A stretch of 64,000 nucleotides of DNA. Source: an uncultured delta proteobacterium. GTDB taxonomy: Bacteria > Myxococcota > Myxococcia > Myxococcales > 40CM-4-68-19. The DNA lies in NCBI GenBank assembly GCA_903911145.1, contig CAIWCD010000032.1, positions 2,448-66,447 on the forward strand. The letters run 5' to 3'. Position 1 is the first letter of the stretch, and each line of letters opens with the position of its first letter. The notes under the pieces were generated by a model. It had not been told where the DNA came from and made no database searches. It saw only the letters and a program-made list of their open reading frames with translations. This document shows, one piece after another, positions 25,986 through 34,734 of the stretch. A program made the translations under genes and the position numbers.

Positions 25986-26290
25986 ACGAGGCGCAGGTCG
26001 ACGGCGAGGGGGCCGTGCTTGCGAAAGTTGCGAAGTTGCTCCGCGAGGTCATCGGCGAGGAGTGGGCGACGGACGTCGAGATCACGCGCGAGACTTCGTT
26101 CAACGAAGACCTCGAGCTCGAGAGCATCGAATTCGTCGCGCTTGCCGAGAAGCTGCAGAACGAATTCGGCGCGCGCGTGGACTTCGCGGGCTGGCTCGCA
26201 AACCAGGAGCTCGAGCAGATCATCCGATTGCGCGTAGGCGAAGTCGTGGATTTCATCACCCGATGCCTCTCGTCGAGCGACAAGGCTTAA
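25982..26290 (+). CDS. Discrete acyl carrier protein
   Basis: FNEDLELESIEFVALAEKL (phosphopantetheine Ser context); ~102 aa. The ATG at 25982 overlaps the PKS2 stop (ATGA); 25970 is an alternative start. Confidence 0.8.
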   Translation: MNEAQVDGEGAVLAKVAKLLREVIGEEWATDVEITRETSFNEDLELESIEFVALAEKLQNEFGARVDFAGWLANQELEQIIRLRVGEVVDFITRCLSSSDKA

Positions 26291-27021
26291 GCCTTCACGT
26301 GCAGCTCCTCGGCGCTGGGCCGCCGCTGGTGATGCTGCACGGCCTGCTGGTGGGGAGCGTCGCCACCTGGTGGTTCGGCGCGGCGCCGAAGCTTGCGCGT
26401 GCACATCGCGTGCTGCTCGCGGATCTGCGCGGTCATGGGCTCTCGTCGCACGCGGAGTCCGGCTATGGCCTCGCTTCGCTCGCGGACGATCTCGCGGCGC
26501 TGCTTCCTCTCGCTGGCGAGGGAAGAGTGACGCTCGTCGGCCATTCGTGGGGCGCGCTCGTTGCGCTGCGCTTTGCACTCGCGCACCCAGAGCGCGTCGC
26601 GAAGCTCGTCCTCGTCGAGGCGCCGCTGCCGCCGTCGCGATTGACCGAGCTCGAATCATTTCTGAGTGCGACTCCGGCGGAGCAGCTCGCGGCCGTTCCC
26701 GATGCGGTGCGCGCAATGGCCGCGCGAAGTTCGCGTCGTGGCAGCAAGACGCTCGCGCAGGTCGCGCGCCTGGTGACGACGACGACGCTGCTCGAGGATC
26801 TGCGGCGCGAACCGGATTTCGCGGAGAGCGAACTCGCGCGGCTCTCCTGCGAGACGCTGCTGATCTATGGTGATCGCTCAAGCTGTCTTCCCTCTGGCGA
26901 GAGGCTCGCGCGCACGCTGCCGCATGCCGAGTTGATCACGCTTCCCGGAGGACACTTCCTGCCTGCTGAGCAGGCGAGTGCGCTCGCGTCGCTGCTCGAG
27001 GAGCGCCTGTGTCTGACGTGA
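26263..27021 (+). CDS. Alpha/beta-fold hydrolase (candidate thioesterase/release enzyme)
   Basis: LVMLHGLLVGS, RGHGLS, nucleophile elbow GHSWGA, C-terminal GGHFLP. The ATG at 26263 overlaps the ACP gene by 28 nt. Confidence 0.82.
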   Translation: MPLVERQGLSLHVQLLGAGPPLVMLHGLLVGSVATWWFGAAPKLARAHRVLLADLRGHGLSSHAESGYGLASLADDLAALLPLAGEGRVTLVGHSWGALVALRFALAHPERVAKLVLVEAPLPPSRLTELESFLSATPAEQLAAVPDAVRAMAARSSRRGSKTLAQVARLVTTTTLLEDLRREPDFAESELARLSCETLLIYGDRSSCLPSGERLARTLPHAELITLPGGHFLPAEQASALASLLEERLCLT

Positions 27022-27815
27022 TCGTTCGCGGCGCGCGCTTCCACGTCCAGCGGCTTGGCGTGGCGACCGCGTTGCCACCCGTGCTGTTCCTGCACGGGCT
27101 CATCATGGACAACCTCTCGAGTTGGTACTTCACAGTCGCGCACGCGGCTTCGCGAGAGCGCGAAGCGATCCTCTACGATCTGCGCGGCCATGGTCTCTCC
27201 GAGCGGACGCGAACGGGATACGGCCTCTCGGATCAAGTTGCCGATCTGGCCGCGCTCCTCGACGCGCTTGAGGTTCGCGAACCGGTGATGCTCGTCGGCA
27301 ACAGCTTTGGCGGACTGCTCGCGCTTGCGTTTGCGGCCGCGCATCCGCCCCGCGTGGCTGCGCTCGCGCTCGTCGATGGGCATCTCGGCGACGACGGCTT
27401 CGCCGCGCAGATGTCTGCGACGTTGCGCCTCGAGGGAGACGCACGCGATCAGCGGATCGCTTCGTCGTTCGCGAACTGGCTCGGACGCCACAGCGAGCGC
27501 AAGCGCAACCGGCTTGCCGAGCATGCGCGCGCGCTGGTTCACGACACTGCGCTGGTCGACGAGTTGGCGGCGACAGATGCTTTGAGTGCAAACGATCTTG
27601 CCCGCATCACGGTGCCGATTCTTGCGCTCTATGGAGAGACGAGCGATCTGCGTGCGCGCGGCGAAGCCTTGCTGGGCGCGGTCGCCAACGCGCGCGTCGA
27701 GATCCTTCCCGGCTGCACGCACTCGATTCTCTGGGAGGCGACAGACGCCGTGCGCGCGCGAATTCTCGCATTCCTCGCTGCTCCTGCGACCGGTTCGAAC
27801 GGACTGGCGCGATGA
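27009..27815 (+). CDS. Alpha/beta-fold hydrolase, second copy
   Basis: VLFLHGLIMDN, RGHGLS, nucleophile elbow GNSFGG, C-terminal GCTHSILWE. GTG start overlaps the upstream gene by 13 nt. Confidence 0.82.
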   Translation: MSDVIVRGARFHVQRLGVATALPPVLFLHGLIMDNLSSWYFTVAHAASREREAILYDLRGHGLSERTRTGYGLSDQVADLAALLDALEVREPVMLVGNSFGGLLALAFAAAHPPRVAALALVDGHLGDDGFAAQMSATLRLEGDARDQRIASSFANWLGRHSERKRNRLAEHARALVHDTALVDELAATDALSANDLARITVPILALYGETSDLRARGEALLGAVANARVEILPGCTHSILWEATDAVRARILAFLAAPATGSNGLAR

Positions 27816-28984
27816 GCCGTTTCCTCTTCGTCGTGCCGCCGCTCGTCGGTCATCTCAATCCGACCATCGCCGTCGCGCGAGAGCTTTCGCGTCGCGGCCA
27901 CGAGGTCGCCTGGGCCGGTCACGCGGATATCTGCGGCCCGCGTCTGCCGCCAGGGAGCACCCTCTTTTCGCTCGGCGATGCCTCGCGCAACGAGTTCTTT
28001 CGTCCCGCGCTTGAACGTTCGCAGCGCGTGCGCGGATTGGAGAGTCTGCAGTTTCTCTGGGAGTCGCTGCTCGTGCCGCTCGCTCGCGCCACGCGGCCGC
28101 GCATCACCGAGATCATCGCGACGTATGCGCCCGACGTGCTCGTCGTCGATCAGCAGGCGCTCGGTGGTGCGCTCGCAGCGCGGGCGAGCGGGCTGCCATG
28201 GGCCACGTTCGCGACGACTTCCGCAGGCGTGACCGATCCACTCGCTGCGCTGCCGAAGGTGAAGTCGTGGGTCGATGCGCAGCTCGCCGAGCTCGAGCGC
28301 GAAGCGGGCCTGACGCGCGCGGCCGCTCCTGGTGCGGCTGATCTCTCGCCTCGCTGCGCGATCATCTTCTCCACCGACGCGCTGGTCGGTCCGCTCGAGC
28401 AGTTCCCGCCGCACTTCCATTTCGTCGGCCCCTCGATCTCCGATCGCCCCGACGCGACGCCGTTTCCGTTCGAGCAGCTCGCGCCGGCTCAGCGACGCGT
28501 GCTCATCTCGCTCGGCACCGTCAGCCCCGATCGCGCCGGTGATTTCTACGCGACCTGCGTGAGTGCGCTCGCTGGCGGTCCGTGGCAGGCGATCGTCGTC
28601 GCGCCTGACGGACGCATTCCCAATCCTCCGGCGAACTTCATCGTGCGCGCGCGCGTGCCGCAGCTGGCTCTGCTGCCGCACTGCCACGCCGTCATCTGTC
28701 ACGCCGGACACAACACGACGGTGGAAGCGCTCGCGCACGGACTGCCTCTGGTGGTTGCGCCGATCCGCGATGACCAGCCGGTGATCGCCGAGCAGGTCGT
28801 CCGCGCACAGTGCGGCGTGCGCGTGAAGTTCGGTCGACTGACTCCGGCGGCGCTGCGTGAAGCTCTCGTGCGCGTGCTCGATGAGCCCTCGTTCGCGCAG
28901 GCTGCGGCGCGCGTGCGCGCGTCGTTCGAGGCTGCCGGTGGCGCGACCACCGCCGCGAAGCATCTCGAGGGGCTTGCCGCGTGA
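27812..28984 (+). CDS. GT1-family (MGT/UDP-glycosyltransferase-like) glycosyltransferase, paralogue of 8370..9548
   Basis: FVVPPLVGHLNPT; donor motif CHAGHNTTVEALAHGLPLVVAPIRDDQP. ATGA overlap with the upstream gene. Confidence 0.87.
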   Translation: MSRFLFVVPPLVGHLNPTIAVARELSRRGHEVAWAGHADICGPRLPPGSTLFSLGDASRNEFFRPALERSQRVRGLESLQFLWESLLVPLARATRPRITEIIATYAPDVLVVDQQALGGALAARASGLPWATFATTSAGVTDPLAALPKVKSWVDAQLAELEREAGLTRAAAPGAADLSPRCAIIFSTDALVGPLEQFPPHFHFVGPSISDRPDATPFPFEQLAPAQRRVLISLGTVSPDRAGDFYATCVSALAGGPWQAIVVAPDGRIPNPPANFIVRARVPQLALLPHCHAVICHAGHNTTVEALAHGLPLVVAPIRDDQPVIAEQVVRAQCGVRVKFGRLTPAALREALVRVLDEPSFAQAAARVRASFEAAGGATTAAKHLEGLAA

Positions 28985-29895
28985 CCACCCCCGCGACGCG
29001 CCGCGCGCAGAAGGCACCAGCCTCGTCAGAACGCGCGGACCTCGAGCCGACCGCGCTCTACACCGCGGGAGTCTGGGCCTGGGCGCGACTTGCATGCGCG
29101 GAGCTCTTTGACCACGCCGAGTCACGCAACGTCTTCGGCGTCGTGAATTTCGCGCTCTCGCTTGCTGGCATCTTTCGCCTGCGTGCGCCGAGCCTGCGCC
29201 ACTCACTCGTGCAGAGACACGTGATGATCGACCGGTTGCTCGACGAGAGCGGCTGCGCGCAGATTCTCGAGCTGGCCGCCGGTCTCTCGCCACGCGGCGC
29301 ACGCGTCTCGGCAAATCCAGACGTCGTCTACGTCGAGGTCGATCGCAGCACATTGTTCGAGCGCAAGCGCGCGCTGCTTCGGCGCAGCGAGCAGGGCAGA
29401 GTGGTTCTCGCGCGGCCGAACCTCCGTTTCGTCGCGGGCGATCTCACCGAACTCGAGCTCGACTCCGTCGCGCCGCCAGCGTCCGGTCCGCTCTGCGTGA
29501 TCGCCGAAGGTCTCTGCATGTACCTCGATGCGGATTCACTGCAGCGCCTTGCAGCGCAGGTGCATGCACTGCTCCGCGCGCGCGGAGGGTCCTTCCTCTT
29601 CGATCTCGTTCCTGCGATCGAGCAGCCGAAGTCCGGTCTTCTTGGTCGCGCGCTCGGATGGCTCATGCGCATCGTCACGCGTGGCGGCGCGTTCGTTCGT
29701 GATGAGCGCAAGCGAAACGACATCGCGGCGGCGTTGCGCGCAGTCGGATTCTCCAGTGTCGATCTCTACGAGCCGAAGAGTGCGCCAGTCGGCTGGCAGC
29801 TTCCGCATCTCGATCGCCGCACGCAGCAACTCGTCTTTGCCGCGCACGTCGCGCTTCCCGCGCTTGTCTTGGCGACGCCAGGAGTTCCTCAGTGA
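28981..29895 (+). CDS. Class I SAM-dependent methyltransferase, LCMT/TcmP-like (O-/carboxyl-methyltransferase type)
   Basis: ILELAAGLSPRG (compare the LGAGLDTR motif) and VIAEGLCMYL (compare EGLLMYL). GTGA overlap with the upstream gene. Confidence 0.72.
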   Translation: MTTPATRRAQKAPASSERADLEPTALYTAGVWAWARLACAELFDHAESRNVFGVVNFALSLAGIFRLRAPSLRHSLVQRHVMIDRLLDESGCAQILELAAGLSPRGARVSANPDVVYVEVDRSTLFERKRALLRRSEQGRVVLARPNLRFVAGDLTELELDSVAPPASGPLCVIAEGLCMYLDADSLQRLAAQVHALLRARGGSFLFDLVPAIEQPKSGLLGRALGWLMRIVTRGGAFVRDERKRNDIAAALRAVGFSSVDLYEPKSAPVGWQLPHLDRRTQQLVFAAHVALPALVLATPGVPQ

Positions 29896-31181
29896 GCAGC
29901 TCTCGTCCACGACACGCCTTCGTGATTCGCGATCCGCAACTGATCTCGCCGCTCGGCATGACGGCGGCGCAGAGCTGGTTTTCTGCGGGCACGCTCTCAA
30001 GCGAGATGCGCCGCGTGCTCGAATCGTGTGGGCTCGCCGTGGAGACCGTCGATTCGCTCGATGATGCGCTCGCCCGCGCTGGGCGCAGTCCGGCGGGCGC
30101 GCTCGTCACCTACGACTCGGTCGCGTTTTCGAGATCGCTGGTACTCAAACTACTTGCCGCAGCAGCCGACGATGCCCGGCCTGCACTGATCGCGGCGCTG
30201 CCGCAAGCGCTCGCGACGCAGGTGCTCGCGCATCTGGATGGAATGGCCGCGACGACGATCGACGGCAAGCCAGCGTTCACCGCGCCGCTCTGGATCATCC
30301 GCGCCGGCGGAACCACGCAGGACGCGCCCGCGGTGCTGCTGCCGTTCGCTGAACAGGAGTGGAAGCTCCCGACGCCGCCGGGGATGCTCGGCCGCAGCGA
30401 AGAACCGTTCGGCGCGACCGACACGTATCTGGTGCGCGTCGATCACTGGGCGCATGTGCTGCGCGTGAATCTCGCGGTGCTGGTTGCGCACTGGTTCGCG
30501 CGCTGGCAGACGCCGAGCGGAAAGCTCTGGTTCCTCTGGCGTGCGCTGCTCGGCTTTCCCTGGAGCGGCGGCCGCCTCGCGAGAAGTCTGCGCGTCATTC
30601 ATCGCAAGGCGAAGGTCCATCACACAGCGCACGTCGAACTGTCGGTCGTCGAGGAGGGCGCGGAGATTGGCGCGCATGCGATCGTGAAGAACTCGCACAT
30701 CGGTCGCAATGCGCGCATCGACGACAACGCGATCGTCAACGCCTGCGTGCTCGGCGAAGGCGCGAGCGTCGCTTCTGCTTCGTCGATTTTCAGTTGCGTG
30801 CTCTTTCCCGGCGCGTTCGCGGCGCAGCAGAAAATGCAGTTCTCCGTGCTCGGTCCGAACTCGGTCGCGTTCACCGGTTCCTACTTCTACGACCTCAACT
30901 TCGAGCGGAACATTCGCGTCGTCCACCGCGGCCGCGTCGTCGATGCGGGCACTCGTTTCCTCTCGGTCTGCCTCGGCCCGTGGGCGCGCGTCGCCGGCGG
31001 AGTCTGGGTCGCCAGCGGGCGGGAGATCCCCGCGCATGCGCTCCTGGTGCAGCCGCCGACGCTCGTCGCGCAGAGGATCGATGAAGCCTTGGCGGGCACG
31101 CGCATGACGGCCGTGCGCGATGGCGTGCTCGTGGACGTCGGGCCGCTGCCCGCATCCCCGGTGCCGGACACATCACGCTGA
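29892..31181 (+). CDS. Left-handed beta-helix (hexapeptide-repeat) protein, GlmU-C-terminal/acyl- or nucleotidyl-transferase-like
   Basis: VHHTAHVELSVVEEGAEIGAHAIVKNSHIGRNARIDDNAIVNACVLGEGASV shows hexapeptide periodicity. GTGA overlap with the upstream gene. The N-terminal ~230 aa is unassigned. Confidence 0.6.
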   Translation: MSSSRPRHAFVIRDPQLISPLGMTAAQSWFSAGTLSSEMRRVLESCGLAVETVDSLDDALARAGRSPAGALVTYDSVAFSRSLVLKLLAAAADDARPALIAALPQALATQVLAHLDGMAATTIDGKPAFTAPLWIIRAGGTTQDAPAVLLPFAEQEWKLPTPPGMLGRSEEPFGATDTYLVRVDHWAHVLRVNLAVLVAHWFARWQTPSGKLWFLWRALLGFPWSGGRLARSLRVIHRKAKVHHTAHVELSVVEEGAEIGAHAIVKNSHIGRNARIDDNAIVNACVLGEGASVASASSIFSCVLFPGAFAAQQKMQFSVLGPNSVAFTGSYFYDLNFERNIRVVHRGRVVDAGTRFLSVCLGPWARVAGGVWVASGREIPAHALLVQPPTLVAQRIDEALAGTRMTAVRDGVLVDVGPLPASPVPDTSR

Positions 31182-31268
31182 CAACTGTCTCCCGCCGTTC
31201 TTCCGATGCCCCCGCGCGCGATTCATGCGAGCGATCTGCTCTGGCTCTCCTCGAGGTTCACCGTGCGC

Positions 31269-32387
31269 ATGCAGCTCTCCTTGCGACATCTCCCGCTCTG
31301 CTTTGCCGCTGCACTTGTCGTCTCGCTCTGCGTGCTCGCCGCGCCCGGTTGCTCCTCGTCCGACACGCCGCCAGTCTCGCTGACCTGCGGTGATGGCCAC
31401 CGCGACGTGCTCGAGCAGTGCGATGACAGCAACAAGACGGGCCTCGACGGCTGCAGCGCGACCTGCATGTTCGAGCAGGTGCAGCGCATGACGAGCTTCT
31501 CGCCGAAGTACCAGGCCGACACCGTCTGCGGCTACGACGCGTTCGGAAGCGCCATTGGTTCCACCGTGCGCAGCCCGCTGCAGACGCAAATCGACAAGGC
31601 GATCGCCAACGGCTCGTTCTCGCTCTTGATGGAGACGATGAACGCGACCGATCTCACCGGCACGACCCAGGGCTCCGTGACCGTGGGCTTCCTCTCCGCG
31701 ACGCCTGAGCAGACCGATGGCGGCGTGACCTATGATGGGCAGAACGATCTCGACTGGTGGTACTCGCCCGCGGCTGCATCGATCGATTCGAACCGCGTGC
31801 CGAAGACGCAGATGACCGGTTCGATCTCCTCTCATGTGCTGACGCTGGGCCCCTCGTCGGTCCAATTCTCCCTCGGTACGGGCGCGCCAGTGCAGATGTC
31901 GAATCTGCAGATCATCTCGCCGCTCAACTCTTCGTCGACGCCGAAAGTCTCGACCGACGGTCATCCGCCGGGACATCTTTCGACGGAGAATCTCGAGCCG
32001 ACACTGCAATCCTACGAGAGCAGCGGCACCTCGACGTTCTGCGGAAACGTGTCGGCCGCGTCGCTGCAGGGCACCACGCTCCCTGCGATCGTGGCGCAGT
32101 ACTGCACCGACTACACCTCGGCCAACTCGCTGCTCGATCTGATCGTCGGCGGCTGCTCGGTCGCACTTGTTCCCGTGGTCAACGCCACGCAGCCCGATCA
32201 GGTCGACGCGAGCAAACCCGCTGCTGGCGCGGGCGGGCCTTACACGCTGACGGCCGATTCGAACACGCACATCGTCAACGGCTGCAAGGATGCGAACGGC
32301 ACGTCGGCGACGCTCTCGACCTGCATCGCGGCTGCGGCCTACTCGGCCTACTTCACGTTCAGCACCGACCGCGTGATGTTTCACTAG
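31269..32387 (+). CDS. Lipoprotein with Myxococcus cysteine-rich repeat
   Basis: MQLSLRHLPLCFAAALVVSLCVLAAPGC (lipobox), then CGDGHRDVLEQCDDSNKTGLDGCSATC (the CGDG..CDDGN..DGCS..C repeat typical of myxobacteria). Confidence 0.78.
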   Translation: MQLSLRHLPLCFAAALVVSLCVLAAPGCSSSDTPPVSLTCGDGHRDVLEQCDDSNKTGLDGCSATCMFEQVQRMTSFSPKYQADTVCGYDAFGSAIGSTVRSPLQTQIDKAIANGSFSLLMETMNATDLTGTTQGSVTVGFLSATPEQTDGGVTYDGQNDLDWWYSPAAASIDSNRVPKTQMTGSISSHVLTLGPSSVQFSLGTGAPVQMSNLQIISPLNSSSTPKVSTDGHPPGHLSTENLEPTLQSYESSGTSTFCGNVSAASLQGTTLPAIVAQYCTDYTSANSLLDLIVGGCSVALVPVVNATQPDQVDASKPAAGAGGPYTLTADSNTHIVNGCKDANGTSATLSTCIAAAAYSAYFTFSTDRVMFH

Positions 32388-33715
32388 GCGAGCTCGTCGC
32401 GCTCCCCTTGCACGGAGACAGCTCCGCGGCCGAGCGACGCGCCTCCGCGCGCGACCACTCCTGCGGCCCTTCCGAGACCAGCGGCCACCGAGGTGAACGC
32501 GTCTCCTTCGCGCAGCCGCGACTCGCCGAATCTCTGTGCGAAGAGCTGCCGCACGCTGGGGATCTTCGACGTGCCGCCCGTGAGGAAAACCGCGTCAGGC
32601 TTGAGGCCGCCGCTGCTGGCGAGGCAGCGATCGACCGCGCGCGAGAGCTCGTCGCGCAGCGGTTCGGTCCAGTGTTCGAACTCCGCGCGCGTCACGCGCG
32701 CCTCGATGTCGATGTCCGCTTCGTGAAACGAGACGGTCACGCGCTCGCTCGTGCTCAGCTCCCGCTTGGCTGATTCAACCGAGCGGTAGAGATGAAACGG
32801 AAGATTCTCCTCTGCCAGCGTGACGAGGTTCTGCAGCTCGCGTGGGCGATCGCTCGTCTTCACCGCGTTGCGAAGAAAATCGAGATTCGATTTTTCGCGC
32901 AGCATGGAGAGCTCGTGCCAGGCGAGCAGTTTGCGCGTCATCCACGTCGGCACCTCGACGCGCTTGAGCAGGCTGGCAAAGGTCGAGCCGGCGCCGAAGA
33001 GCGTCAGCAGCTTGTGCTCGACGATCGCGGAATCGAAGCGATCTCCTCCGACGTAGACGCCGCTCGAGGAGATCACGTCCTCGCGGCGATCGAGTGCGTT
33101 CCGCCGCGAGGGTCCGAGTTGCATGAGCGTGAAGTCGCTGGTGCCCGCGCCGAAGTCGCCGACGAGCACGACCTCATCGCGCGCGAGCGACTCCTCGTAC
33201 CGCAGCGCCGCCGCGATCGGCTCGATCACGAACGTGGGCGCAGGAAATCCCGCGAGCGTTGCGGCTTGCAGAAGGCGCGCCTCAGCGAGTGCATCGCGCT
33301 CCTTGTCAGGAGAGAAGACCGCGGGTCGTCCGAAGACGACATGCGTGAGCGGGCCGCCTGCCTCGCGCTCGACCGCCTCGCGGATGCGCGTGAGCAGCAG
33401 CGCGATCAGCTGCTCGAGCTTCCACGCTTTGCGACGGATCTCGGTGTGCGTGAACGACGGCGAGGGCAGGAACGTCTTGATCGACTGGAGGAAGCGGCCC
33501 TCGAAATCACCGAGATAACTCTCGATGGCAGCAGCGCCCGCGAGCACGTCGGGGCTGCCCTCGGGGAAGAAGAGCACGCTGCGCAAGAGGCGCGCATCCT
33601 CGGCACGCGCGTCGATCGACAGCACGCGCGCGGGAGAGTTGCCGTCACCGGGAAGTGCGGCCGCGCTGTTGCTGGTGCCGAAGTCGATGCCGGCGCTGCG
33701 CACCTCTGACATCAC
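32384..33715 (-). CDS. Hsp70/actin-fold ATPase (YegD-like putative chaperone)
   Basis: GIDFGTSNSAAA and LVGDFGAGTSDFTLM (phosphate-1/2 motifs), VFLTGGTSKIP; 443 aa, with no long substrate-binding domain. Confidence 0.85.
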   Translation of the reverse strand: MMSEVRSAGIDFGTSNSAAALPGDGNSPARVLSIDARAEDARLLRSVLFFPEGSPDVLAGAAAIESYLGDFEGRFLQSIKTFLPSPSFTHTEIRRKAWKLEQLIALLLTRIREAVEREAGGPLTHVVFGRPAVFSPDKERDALAEARLLQAATLAGFPAPTFVIEPIAAALRYEESLARDEVVLVGDFGAGTSDFTLMQLGPSRRNALDRREDVISSSGVYVGGDRFDSAIVEHKLLTLFGAGSTFASLLKRVEVPTWMTRKLLAWHELSMLREKSNLDFLRNAVKTSDRPRELQNLVTLAEENLPFHLYRSVESAKRELSTSERVTVSFHEADIDIEARVTRAEFEHWTEPLRDELSRAVDRCLASSGGLKPDAVFLTGGTSKIPSVRQLFAQRFGESRLREGDAFTSVAAGLGRAAGVVARGGASLGRGAVSVQGERDELA

Positions 33716-33803
33716 GATTCACCTCGAGTGAGCGAGCGATCTCTCTTCGCATCAGCGGCCCGTACGCGGAAATGAAATGCGCGCGTGCGGTATAAGCCGC
33801 GCC

Positions 33804-34694
33804 ATGCAGCCACGCGCGATCCTCCTCGTCTCCGCTCCCGATCAACCCGGCCTCGTCGCACGCCTCGCCGGATTCTTCTTCGAGCTCGGCCTCAACATCG
33901 TCGACGCCAGCAACCACAGTGACCCTCTCGCCGAGGGTGGCCCGCGCTTCTTCATGCGCATCGTTGTCGATCTCGACGCGCTCACGTCTCCGAAGGCGCA
34001 GAGCGCGCTCGGCGGCTCCTCGACGCGCGCGGCTCTCGAGGAGAGATTCGCGAAACTCTCGCAGCAGCTCGGCGCGACCTTCACGCTTTCGTTTACCGAC
34101 GTGCTTCCGCGGATGGCGATCCTCGTCACCAAAGAGCCGTCCTGTCTCTACGATCTCGTGCTGCGCCAGCGCAGCGGCGAGCTGCCGTGCGAGCTGCCGC
34201 TGGTGATCTCGAATCACGCCGCGCTCGAGTCGGCCGCTCAAGGCTTTCGCATTCCCTTCTTCACGCTGCCGGTCACGCCGGAAACCAAGCGGGCGCAGGA
34301 GCAGCAACTGCTCTCACTGCTCAAGACGCACCAGATCGATCTGGTCGTGCTCGCGCGCTACATGCAGGTGCTCTCGAGCGAGTTCCTCGCTGCCGCGCCG
34401 CCGGTGATCAACATCCACCACGGATTTCTCCCCGCGTTCCAGGGCGCGAAGCCGTACCACCAGGCCTACGCGCGCGGCGTGAAGATGATCGGCGCTACGG
34501 CTCACTACGCGACCGCTGATCTCGATCAGGGTCCGATCATCGAGCAGGACGTCGCGCGCGTGACGCACGAGGCGGGTCCGGAAGAGCTCGTGCGCGTGGG
34601 CCGCGATGTCGAGCGCGTCGTGCTCGCGCGAGCGGTGCGCGCGCATCTCGAGCGGAGAATCCTCCTCGAGAGCCGCCGCACGATCGTGCTGTAA
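33804..34694 (+). CDS. purU: Formyltetrahydrofolate deformylase
   Basis: ACT-like N-terminus ILLVSAPDQPGLVARL. Formyltransferase core INIHHGFLPAFQGAKPYHQA...ATAHYATADLDQGPIIEQD. Confidence 0.92.
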   Translation: MQPRAILLVSAPDQPGLVARLAGFFFELGLNIVDASNHSDPLAEGGPRFFMRIVVDLDALTSPKAQSALGGSSTRAALEERFAKLSQQLGATFTLSFTDVLPRMAILVTKEPSCLYDLVLRQRSGELPCELPLVISNHAALESAAQGFRIPFFTLPVTPETKRAQEQQLLSLLKTHQIDLVVLARYMQVLSSEFLAAAPPVINIHHGFLPAFQGAKPYHQAYARGVKMIGATAHYATADLDQGPIIEQDVARVTHEAGPEELVRVGRDVERVVLARAVRAHLERRILLESRRTIVL

Positions 34695-34734
34695 CCCGCG
34701 CACGGCGTGGCCCTTGCGCGAGCGCACTTCGGGC

